Of a stretch of 64,000 nt of DNA, positions 50,587-59,340 are shown in pieces. The stretch covers positions 608,001 to 672,000 of the forward strand of contig CAVUKB010000005.1 in NCBI GenBank assembly GCA_963741955.1, written 5' to 3'. The translations under genes and the position numbers were made by a program. This DNA comes from an uncultured Acidobacteriota bacterium (lineage in GTDB: Bacteria; Acidobacteriota; Thermoanaerobaculia; Gp7-AA8). The notes below the pieces were generated by a model, which saw only the letters and a program-made list of their open reading frames with translations, was not told the DNA's origin and ran no database searches. The stretch's first letter is position 1, and every line of letters begins with the position of its first letter.

Positions 50587-51672
50587 ATGACCGAAGAGCG
50601 TTCGAACACTCGCAGAAACCGCCGCCACGAACGGCATCCGACGATCCGCGACGTCGCGGCTCGCGCCAATGTCTCCGTGGCTACGGTCTCCCGCGTCTTC
50701 AGCGGAAAAGACATCGTACGCGAAGAGACCTCCATCCGGGTGCGCGAGATCGCCCGCACGCTCGGGTACGTTCCGAACGTCGCTGCGCGCGCGCTCAGCG
50801 TCCGCCGCTCGCACACCATCGGCATTCTTCTGCCCGACATTCACGGTGAATTCTTCTCCGAGCTGCTGCGTGGCATCGACATCGCCGCGCGCGGGGCGGG
50901 GTATCACATCCTCGTCTCCGGCTGGCACAGCGATCTCGAGGAGATGATCGCGATGACCAACGCGTTCCGCGGGCGCGTCGACGGCATTCTGGTCATGGCT
51001 CCCGACATCTCGGTGGCTCAGTTCCGGGAACGGGTTGCACCCCGCATTCCCGTAGTGCTCCTCAACACCGCTGCACACGCCGAGCTCGATTCGATCGTCG
51101 TCGACAACTCGGGCGGAGCGCGCGCAGTGATGCGACACCTCCGGGAGCTCGGTCACGAACGGATCGCATTCGTCAACGGTCCGTCCCGGAACCTCGACGC
51201 CCGGGAGCGCCGGCGCGGATACCGGCACGGGCTCCAGACCGCCGCGCCCCCCCTCGCGCCTCTCGAGATTCCCGGCGACTTCACTGAAGAATCCGGATAC
51301 GCCTCAGTGGAGACGATCCTGGAGATGGAGCCCCGTCCCACCGCAGTCTTCGCTGCGAACGACTCGATGGCGATCGGAATCCTCGCCGGACTCGCCGAGC
51401 ACGGTGTCTCCGTCCCCGACGAGATATCGGTGGTCGGGTTCGACGACATTCTCATCTCGCGTTACGTCAACCCTCCCCTCACGACGGTGCGCATCGACGT
51501 CGGCCATCTCGGCCGGCGCGCGTTCGCCCTTCTGCAGGAGGCATTCGACGAGAACGGCCAGACGCCGCTCCGGAGGGAGCGGGTCAGCACCTCTCTCGTG
51601 GTGAGGCAATCAACCAGTCCGCGCCGGCCAGGACACGCTCGACCGGCGCAGAGAAGAACGCGTGATCGATAG
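50587..51672 (+). CDS. LacI-family transcriptional regulator
   Basis: TIRDVAARANVSVATVSRV HTH; ISVVGFDD. Confidence 0.96.
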   Translation: MTEERSNTRRNRRHERHPTIRDVAARANVSVATVSRVFSGKDIVREETSIRVREIARTLGYVPNVAARALSVRRSHTIGILLPDIHGEFFSELLRGIDIAARGAGYHILVSGWHSDLEEMIAMTNAFRGRVDGILVMAPDISVAQFRERVAPRIPVVLLNTAAHAELDSIVVDNSGGARAVMRHLRELGHERIAFVNGPSRNLDARERRRGYRHGLQTAAPPLAPLEIPGDFTEESGYASVETILEMEPRPTAVFAANDSMAIGILAGLAEHGVSVPDEISVVGFDDILISRYVNPPLTTVRIDVGHLGRRAFALLQEAFDENGQTPLRRERVSTSLVVRQSTSPRRPGHARPAQRRTRDR

Positions 51673-51687
51673 GTAAGGAGAGTACTC

Positions 51688-54516
51688 ATGAGACGAGGAT
51701 TGAAGGTATTCCTTTTCGCAATGCTCGTGGGAGCGATCGCATTGTCCGCGTTCGGTCAGGCGACGACGGCGACGATCCACGGGAAGGTCACCAACGACCA
51801 GGGCCAGGCCCTCGCCAACGCCGAAGTCGACGCGGTCGGAACTCAGACCGGCATCGTGGTCACGGCGAAGAGCGGGAACGACGGGCGGTTCAAGCTCAAC
51901 GGAATCAAACCGGGACCGATCAACCTGGTGGTCTCCGCACCCGGGTTCGAGCCGAAGTCCCAGACCCTGACCGTACTCCTCGGCCAGGACCTGGAGGCCA
52001 ACTTCGTCCTCAGCGCAGGCGGCGTCTACACCGAGGCCATCACCGTGGTCGGCAATCAGGCGGTGGAGATGAGGACTGCGGAGGCTGCGACCAACGTCAG
52101 CCCTCAGCAGCTCGAAAGTCTGCCGCAGGATGATCGCAACTTTCTGCGATTCGCAGAGCTGGCCCCCGGCATCCGGATGTCGAACAACCCCGAACGGAAG
52201 GTCATCGCAGGCGATGCACAGGACCCCGAACAGACGAATATCTTCATCGACGGGGTGAGCTTCAAGAACGACGTATTGCAGGGTGGTGCGGTCGGACAGG
52301 ATGCATCCCGCGGCAACCCCTTCCCGCAGAGTGCAGTGCAGGAGTTCCGGGTCATCACCCAGAACTACAGCGCGCAATACCAGAAGGCCTCGAGCGCGAT
52401 CATCACCGCGGTCACCAAGTCCGGCGGCAACGACATCGACGGCGAGGCGTTCGTCTTCTACCAGCCCGAAGCGTGGGTCAGTACCCTGGAGAAGAATTTC
52501 CAGTACGCCAGTCTCACATCGAACCCCGACTACCGACGGTATCAGCCGGGCTTTTCCATCGGCGGCCCGATCATTCGCGATCAGCTCCACTATTTCCTTT
52601 CCTATGAAGCCGACGACGAGCATGCGACCCGTCAGGTGGCCATCGGCAACCCCGGCCAGTACGGATCGCAATTCGGCCAGTATGCCGGCGTCTTCGACAG
52701 TCCCTTCAAGTCGAACCTCGGATTCGGAAAAGTGACCTGGCAGCCGGTGCCGAACCAGATCGTCGACTTCAGCGCCAATTACCGGCGCGAACATGAAGTC
52801 CGCGACTTCGGCGGCCAGACGTCGTATCAGTCCGCCACCGATCTGCGCAACTGGGTCTATGGCGGCACCGTCCGGCATCAGTGGAACAATGCGGAGTCTC
52901 TCAACCAGGCAAGCCTCAGCTATCAGAAGTACGGCTGGAACCCGACCCCTCTCAATCCGGACATGGTCGGCCTCAATTACGAGGGAGTGATCCGGCTGGG
53001 CGGCAACAGCACGACACAGAAATTCGATCAGCGACGGATCGAGCTTCGCGACGACTACACCTTCCCGACCATCACTGCCGCGGGCGATCACAGCATCCAG
53101 GCGGGTTTCACTACCGACTTCATGCATTACCGGGTCGACAAGAGCCTCTTCGGCAACCCGCAGTACAACTTCCGGGTCGATCCGAACAACGGCCTGACCT
53201 TCGAGCAGCCGTACGAAGCTCAGTTCGGATTCGGCAATCCGGTCCTCTCCACCAGCAACAACGAGTACGGCATCTACGGCCAGGATTCCTGGACCGTCAA
53301 CGACCGTCTCAACCTGAACCTCGGCGTCCGCTGGGACTACGAGACGCAGATGCTCGACCAGAACTACGTCACGCCCGCGAACATCGTCGCGGGTCTGACC
53401 GGGAAGATCGATTCGAACTACTTCTCGAACGGGAGTCAGCGTTCCGGATACAAGGGAGAGATTCAACCGCGACTCGCGTTCACGTACGACCTCACCGGAA
53501 AGGGACAATCGATCATCTTCGGCGGCGCGGGCCGCTACTACGATCGTCTCTTCCTCAACGCCACTCTCGATGAGCGGTACAGGCTGCAGTACCCGGTATA
53601 CCGGATCGAATTCTCCCCGAACGGCGAACCGCGCGACGGCGGTGCGACCATCATGTGGGATCCTGCTTACTTCACCCGCGCGGGACTCAATCAGCTGATC
53701 GCGTCAGGGCAGGCCAACCCGGAGATCTACCTCCTCAACAACGACACCAAGCCTCCCTACTCGAATCAGTGGAACCTCGGATTCCGGCAGTCGTTAGGCT
53801 CGTGGGTCGGCTCGATCAGTTACAACGCCGTCCGCGGCTACCGCGGATTCACCTGGCTCTCGGCGACCGGAATCTGCTGCTCCGCGCTCGTCCCGGGCTA
53901 CGGCAACGTGATCATCTCCGACCCGAACGGAAAACGTCACTGGTACGACGGGGTCTTTCTCACCCTCGACCGGCCTTACACCTCCTCGGATCGCTGGGGC
54001 GCGCACGTCGCGTGGACGCATGCGAAGGCGACCCAGAACGGCAACGACCTCTTCAGTCTCGATTACCCGAGCGCTGCCGCCTATCCGCGGCACGAAGTTC
54101 CCGGCTCTCAACGTGACAACATCGTCCTGAGCGGCATCGTCGGGCTTCCGTGGGATGTCCGCGTCAGCACCGTCGCTCAGTTCGGAACCGGCGGGGCGTA
54201 CAACGTGCTCGACTTCTCTCAGGGTTTCAGTCTGGAGAACCGGCTCGCGACGCACCCCTTCAAGAACTCGATCCGTCCTCCGAAGACGTGGGGATTCGCG
54301 GAAAGGAATGTCGACTTCAGCCTGGAGAAGGCGTTCCCGGTCGGAGGCGGCGCGTCCATCGGCCTCGTCGCACAGATCTTCAACGCGTTCAACTGGGCCA
54401 ACTACGGCTGTCTCGACAACTTCATTCCGCCCGAAGGAAACCCGAATCTCGGAAACCCGAACTGCGTCATCAATCTCGGCCGGCGCGAGCAGGTAGGACT
54501 CCGTGTGAAGTTCTGA
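51688..54516 (+). CDS. TonB-dependent receptor (Oar-like, carboxypeptidase-regulatory N-domain)
   Basis: Signal peptide, plug AVQEFRV...TKSGGN, YGQDSW..LNLGVRWDY, C-terminal F. Confidence 0.92.
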   Translation: MRRGLKVFLFAMLVGAIALSAFGQATTATIHGKVTNDQGQALANAEVDAVGTQTGIVVTAKSGNDGRFKLNGIKPGPINLVVSAPGFEPKSQTLTVLLGQDLEANFVLSAGGVYTEAITVVGNQAVEMRTAEAATNVSPQQLESLPQDDRNFLRFAELAPGIRMSNNPERKVIAGDAQDPEQTNIFIDGVSFKNDVLQGGAVGQDASRGNPFPQSAVQEFRVITQNYSAQYQKASSAIITAVTKSGGNDIDGEAFVFYQPEAWVSTLEKNFQYASLTSNPDYRRYQPGFSIGGPIIRDQLHYFLSYEADDEHATRQVAIGNPGQYGSQFGQYAGVFDSPFKSNLGFGKVTWQPVPNQIVDFSANYRREHEVRDFGGQTSYQSATDLRNWVYGGTVRHQWNNAESLNQASLSYQKYGWNPTPLNPDMVGLNYEGVIRLGGNSTTQKFDQRRIELRDDYTFPTITAAGDHSIQAGFTTDFMHYRVDKSLFGNPQYNFRVDPNNGLTFEQPYEAQFGFGNPVLSTSNNEYGIYGQDSWTVNDRLNLNLGVRWDYETQMLDQNYVTPANIVAGLTGKIDSNYFSNGSQRSGYKGEIQPRLAFTYDLTGKGQSIIFGGAGRYYDRLFLNATLDERYRLQYPVYRIEFSPNGEPRDGGATIMWDPAYFTRAGLNQLIASGQANPEIYLLNNDTKPPYSNQWNLGFRQSLGSWVGSISYNAVRGYRGFTWLSATGICCSALVPGYGNVIISDPNGKRHWYDGVFLTLDRPYTSSDRWGAHVAWTHAKATQNGNDLFSLDYPSAAAYPRHEVPGSQRDNIVLSGIVGLPWDVRVSTVAQFGTGGAYNVLDFSQGFSLENRLATHPFKNSIRPPKTWGFAERNVDFSLEKAFPVGGGASIGLVAQIFNAFNWANYGCLDNFIPPEGNPNLGNPNCVINLGRREQVGLRVKF

Positions 54517-54528
54517 ATCGAGGCCAAC

Positions 54529-54553
54529 GGGGCGGGTTCGCCGGACCCGCCCC
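54529..54553 (+). terminator. Hairpin after the TonB receptor gene (no T-tract)
   Basis: GGGGCGGGTTC-GCC-GGACCCGCCCC. Confidence 0.45.
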
Positions 54554-54627
54554 ACCCGGTTGGCGCGCGCTGATCTGGTGAATCATCCGGGACCCGTTTC
54601 TGCATTCGTCGTATCCTCATCCCGAGA

Positions 54628-56085
54628 ATGAAAATGCGCAGACTCGCGGTACTCCTCACTCTCCTGACTCTCGGGTCAGCGTGTGTCGCTCCCCAGGTAC
54701 CTGCGGCCTCTCCTTCGCAGCAGGTCACCGCAACCGGATCCCACCGCCACACCGTAAAGTTTCCCGTCACCGATCCGCTCCTCGAAGACATCGAGCAGCG
54801 GACGTTTCACTTCTTCTGGGATCTCGCCGATCCGAATACGTATCTGATCCCGGACCGCGCGCCGGCGCACTCGTTCTCCAGCATCGCCGCAGTCGGCTTC
54901 GGGCTGACCGCATATGGTATCGGCGCCGAGCGCGGATACGTCACCCGCCAGGAGGCAGCGGAAAGAACTCTCGCCACACTTCGGTCGCTTCTCTCGATGA
55001 AACAGGGGCCGGAAGCGCGTGGCGTCTCCGGCTATCACGGCTTCTACTACCACTTCCTCGACATGGAGACGGCCGAGCGCTTTCAGACCGTCGAGCTCTC
55101 GACCGTCGACACGTCGCTCCTCATGGCCGGAGTCCTTTTCGCCCAGTCGTACTTCGACCGGGATGATCCGACCGAAGCCGCGATCCGGGACCTGTCCGAA
55201 CAGCTCTACGAGCGGGTCGACTGGACGTGGGAGCAGCCGCGGGCCCCCGCCATCAGCATGGGGTGGACTCCCGAAGAGGGCTTCCATACCTACGACTGGC
55301 ACGGCTACAACGAAGCGATGATCGTGATCATCCTGGCGCTCGGATCGCCCACTCATCCGGTGACGCCGGACGCCTGGGACGCATACACGAGCACGTACCG
55401 CTGGGGCGACTTCTACGGACAACACTATCTACTCTTCGCGCCGCTCTTCGGCTACCAGTACTCGCACGTCTGGATCGACTTCCGCGGAATCGAGGACGCG
55501 CCGATGCGCGCGCACGGAATCGATTACTTCGAAAACTCGCGTCGCGCCACGCTCGCGCAACAGGCCTATGCGATCGACAATCCCGGCGAATGGCGCGACT
55601 ACCGCGAGAATGTCTGGGGACTCACCGCGTGTGACGGTCCGATGGATGCGACAGTGACCATCGATGGCCGTCCGCGAACGTTTCATGCGTACGCGGCTCG
55701 AGGGGCGACCGGGGGCGACATCGGGGATGACGGAACGATCGCCCCGACCGCGGCCATCTCTTCGATCGTCTTCACCCCCGCGATCTCCACTGCCGCCGCG
55801 CACGCGATGCACGACCGGTACGGCAGCGATCTCTATTCGACATACGGCTTTCTCGACGCCTTCAACCCGACCTTGCGCAGCGCGCCCCATCTCTCCAACG
55901 GCCGCATCGATCCCGAGCTCGGATGGTTCGACACCGACTACCTCGGCATCGACCAGGGACCGATCATCGCGATGATCGAGAACCATCGCTCGGGCCTGGT
56001 GTGGAAGACGATGAAGAAGAATCCGCACATCGTGCGCGGACTGCAGCGTGCGGGCTTCACCGGCGGATGGCTCGAGGCGAAGTGA
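54628..56085 (+). CDS. GH144-like (DUF3131/'glucoamylase') endo-beta-1,2-glucanase, lipoprotein
   Basis: SIAAVGFGL, GFYYHF, ELSTVDT, YNEAMI, WGLTACDGP and GIDQGP motifs; lipobox GSAC. Confidence 0.85.
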   Translation: MKMRRLAVLLTLLTLGSACVAPQVPAASPSQQVTATGSHRHTVKFPVTDPLLEDIEQRTFHFFWDLADPNTYLIPDRAPAHSFSSIAAVGFGLTAYGIGAERGYVTRQEAAERTLATLRSLLSMKQGPEARGVSGYHGFYYHFLDMETAERFQTVELSTVDTSLLMAGVLFAQSYFDRDDPTEAAIRDLSEQLYERVDWTWEQPRAPAISMGWTPEEGFHTYDWHGYNEAMIVIILALGSPTHPVTPDAWDAYTSTYRWGDFYGQHYLLFAPLFGYQYSHVWIDFRGIEDAPMRAHGIDYFENSRRATLAQQAYAIDNPGEWRDYRENVWGLTACDGPMDATVTIDGRPRTFHAYAARGATGGDIGDDGTIAPTAAISSIVFTPAISTAAAHAMHDRYGSDLYSTYGFLDAFNPTLRSAPHLSNGRIDPELGWFDTDYLGIDQGPIIAMIENHRSGLVWKTMKKNPHIVRGLQRAGFTGGWLEAK

Positions 56086-56336
56086 TGCGCCGCGCGCCGT
56101 TCCAAATCGCGCGCCGCTCGCCGAGGAGTGCGGACTCGCAGACCGCCTCGAAGATCGTGTTCGACGCGCGGAAGACCGCGCTCGCGGCCACGCGCGGAGC
56201 GTCGGTGGTGCGATCGTCCCGATCGCACGAACGCTCCGCTTCTGCCAACGGCATCCTCTCGATCCGCGCCGAACGCGATTCGCGCGGCGGATTGAAAATC
56301 CGCACTCCATTCCACTTCGCGCGCAGCGCAACGCGC

Positions 56337-57653
56337 GTGAAAATCCGCATTCCACGGCGCGGCACACGTCTCCTCCGCAGCATTCTCTCCTTTCTCCTCG
56401 CCCCGCTGGCGCTCGCCGCGCTCCTCTCCTGCTCCGCACCCGCGGCGGAAACGCGGGAGACGGTCGAGTTCTGGGGGCTCGGCCGCGAAGGGGAAGTCGT
56501 CGCACAGATGATCCCGGAGTTCGAGAAACGCAATCCCGGCATCCACGTCATCGTGCAGCAGATTCCGTGGACCGCGGCACACGAGAAGTTTCTCACCGCA
56601 TGGGTGGGCGAGTCGGCCCCCGACGTCGCACAGATGGGGAACACCTGGATTCCGGAGATGGTCGCCCTCCACGCGGTCGACGATCTGACCGCATTTGCGG
56701 CCGGCTCGAAGAGCATCGACGAACGTGATTACTTCCCCGGCATCTGGGCCACGAATGTCGTCGACGGAACGTTGTACGGCGTGCCGTGGTACGTCGACAC
56801 GCGGGTCCTCTTCTACCGCAGCGACATACTCGCCAGCGTCGGCTACACCAGGCCTCCGCAGACGTGGGACGAGTGGGTCGATGCGATGACCCGGATCACG
56901 AAGGAGAAGAAGGCGAAGTTCGGAATTCTCCTCCCGACCAATGAGTGGGAGCCTCTGGTCTGTCTCGCCCTCACCGACCACTCCACCCTCCTGAACGGAG
57001 GAGGAACCGCGGGGGCGTTCGAGCAGCCTCCGTTCCGGGACGCGTTCACGTTCTACATCAGCCTCTTCCGGCGCGGCCTCGCACCGAAAGTGAACAACCT
57101 GCAGGTTGCGAATCTCTATCAGCAGTTCGCCCGGGGTGACTTCGCGATGTACATCACCGGGCCATGGAACGTCGGCGAGTTCCGCCGCCGTCTTCCTCCT
57201 TCGATGAACGGGAAGTGGGCGACCGCTCCTCTTCCGGCACGCAACGCGGCGTCGCAGACGGGCATCTCGATGGCAGGCGGCTCGAGTCTGGTTCTCTTCC
57301 GCTCGTCGCATCACACCGCGGCGGCCAGGAAGCTGATCGAGTTCCTCTCCGAGCCCGCGCAGCAGATCCGGTTTTACGAGCTGACCGGAGATCTTCCCGC
57401 CCGGCGGAGCGCCTGGCGCTCGCCTTCTCTCGCCGGCGATCCGCATTTCCCTGCGTTCCGGATTCAGCTCGAGCGCGTCGAGCCGCTGCCGAAGGTCCCG
57501 GAGTGGGAGCAGATCGCGACGCAGATCTACCAGCATGGAGAGGCGACCGTCCGCGGAGCGACGACGATCGATCAGTCGCTCGCGGACCTCGACCGGAAGA
57601 GCGGAGAGATTCTCGCGAAGCGCCGCTGGGTACTCGCGCACGAGGGACGATGA
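56337..57653 (+). CDS. Sugar ABC substrate-binding lipoprotein (alternative start 56085)
   Basis: Lipobox LLSC, PDVAQMG, YGVPWYVDTR and AMYITGPW motifs. Confidence 0.9.
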   Translation: MKIRIPRRGTRLLRSILSFLLAPLALAALLSCSAPAAETRETVEFWGLGREGEVVAQMIPEFEKRNPGIHVIVQQIPWTAAHEKFLTAWVGESAPDVAQMGNTWIPEMVALHAVDDLTAFAAGSKSIDERDYFPGIWATNVVDGTLYGVPWYVDTRVLFYRSDILASVGYTRPPQTWDEWVDAMTRITKEKKAKFGILLPTNEWEPLVCLALTDHSTLLNGGGTAGAFEQPPFRDAFTFYISLFRRGLAPKVNNLQVANLYQQFARGDFAMYITGPWNVGEFRRRLPPSMNGKWATAPLPARNAASQTGISMAGGSSLVLFRSSHHTAAARKLIEFLSEPAQQIRFYELTGDLPARRSAWRSPSLAGDPHFPAFRIQLERVEPLPKVPEWEQIATQIYQHGEATVRGATTIDQSLADLDRKSGEILAKRRWVLAHEGR

Positions 57654-58522
57654 GAAGCGAAGCCCGAGCCGCTGCACTCTTTCTCTCGCCGGCACTCGCC
57701 GTCCTGGTGATCTTCTTCTTCCTTCCGGTGATCGCCGGCTTCGCCCTCAGCCTCACCGATTTCGATCTCTACGCGCTCGGCAACATCCACAACGTCCGCT
57801 TCGTCGCGCTGGCGAACTATCGCGCCCTGCTGACCGAACCGATCTTCTGGACCGCGTTCTTCAACACTCTCTACTTCTCGCTCATCGGCGGACCGCTCAC
57901 CGTCGCGGTCTCGCTCACCGCCGCGCTGCTGGTGAACGCGAAAACCGCGAGGTTCAAGCCGCTCTTCCGCACCGTTTTCTTCGCGCCGGTGGTGACCACG
58001 CTCGTCGCGGTGGCAGTGGTCTTCCGGTATCTCTACCATCCGCAGTTCGGCATGATCGACCGCGCGCTGGTCTCGATCGGGCTTCCGGCGGTCGACTGGC
58101 TCGGCGACCCGCGATGGGCGATGCCCGCGGTGATCCTCCTCGCGGTCTGGAAGAACTTCGGCTACAACATGATCATCTTCGTGGCGGGACTGCAGACCAT
58201 CCCCGAGGATCTGTACGAGGCGGCGAGGATCGACGGGGCGGGCGCGTGGAAACAGTTCCGGCACGTCACCCTCCCTATGCTCGGGCCGACGTTCCTCTTC
58301 GTCGGGATCGTCACCGCGATCGGCTATCTCCAGCTCTTCGCCGAGCCGTACGTGATGACGCACGGAGGTCCGCTGAACCGGACCCTCTCCGCGGTGATGT
58401 TCATGTACGAGCAGGGGTTCCGCTGGTGGAGGATGGGATATGCCGCGGCAATCGCGTTTCTCCTCTTCCTGGTGATCGCGGCGGCGACGGCGCTGCAGAT
58501 GCGCTTTCAGGAGAAGCGATGA
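57650..58522 (+). CDS. Sugar ABC permease (CUT1)
   Basis: EAA loop LYEAARIDGA; ATGA overlap. Confidence 0.93.
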   Translation: MRSEARAAALFLSPALAVLVIFFFLPVIAGFALSLTDFDLYALGNIHNVRFVALANYRALLTEPIFWTAFFNTLYFSLIGGPLTVAVSLTAALLVNAKTARFKPLFRTVFFAPVVTTLVAVAVVFRYLYHPQFGMIDRALVSIGLPAVDWLGDPRWAMPAVILLAVWKNFGYNMIIFVAGLQTIPEDLYEAARIDGAGAWKQFRHVTLPMLGPTFLFVGIVTAIGYLQLFAEPYVMTHGGPLNRTLSAVMFMYEQGFRWWRMGYAAAIAFLLFLVIAAATALQMRFQEKR

Positions 58523-59340
58523 CCAGGCCGGCTCGATCGATCCTTCTGCACGCGGCCCTCGTCGTGACGGGAGCGGTCACCCTCTTTCCCCTCTTCTGGA
58601 TGATCGCCGCATCATTCATGTCGAGCGGCGAGGCGACGATGTTCCCCCCGCACGTGCTCCCGCATGCCCCGACGCTCGTGCAATACCACGCGCTCTTCGA
58701 GCGGCTCAACGTCGGCCGGGCATTCCTCAGCAGCACCATCATCTCCGTCACCGTCACACTCGTCTCGCTCCTCTTCAACTCCATGGCGGGCTACGCATTC
58801 GCGAAGCTCCGCTTCCACGGACGGGAGCGGATGTTCGGACTCCTTCTCGCCGCGCTGGTGATTCCGGCGCAGGTCGGGATGCTTCCGCTGTTTCTGCTCA
58901 TGAAGTCACTTCATCTCGTGAATACCTACTGGGGCGTGATCATCCCGTCGCTCGCCAGCGTCTTCGGGATCTTCCTCATCCGGCAGTTCATGCTCTCGAT
59001 CCCGCAGGAGCTCCTCGAAGCGGCACGCATCGACGGAGCGGGCGAGCTCCGGATCTACTGGTCGCTGATCATGCCGCTCGCGCGCCCGATCCTCGCCACC
59101 CTCGCGATCTTCACTTTCATGACCACATGGAACGACTTCATGTGGCCGTTGATCGTGCTCACCGATCAGTCTCACTACACCCTCCCCGTCTCGATTGCGA
59201 GCCTCGTCGGCGAGCACGCACAGGACGTCGAGCTGATGATGGCCGGATCGGTCGTGACGGTACTCCCGGTGCTCATCCTCTTCCTCGTGCTCCAGCGCTA
59301 CTACATCGCAGGGCTGATGGTGGGAAGCGTGAAGGGATGA
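58519..59340 (+). CDS. Sugar ABC permease (CUT1)
   Basis: LLEAARIDGA and WNDFMWP motifs; ATGA overlap. Confidence 0.93.
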   Translation: MTRPARSILLHAALVVTGAVTLFPLFWMIAASFMSSGEATMFPPHVLPHAPTLVQYHALFERLNVGRAFLSSTIISVTVTLVSLLFNSMAGYAFAKLRFHGRERMFGLLLAALVIPAQVGMLPLFLLMKSLHLVNTYWGVIIPSLASVFGIFLIRQFMLSIPQELLEAARIDGAGELRIYWSLIMPLARPILATLAIFTFMTTWNDFMWPLIVLTDQSHYTLPVSIASLVGEHAQDVELMMAGSVVTVLPVLILFLVLQRYYIAGLMVGSVKG

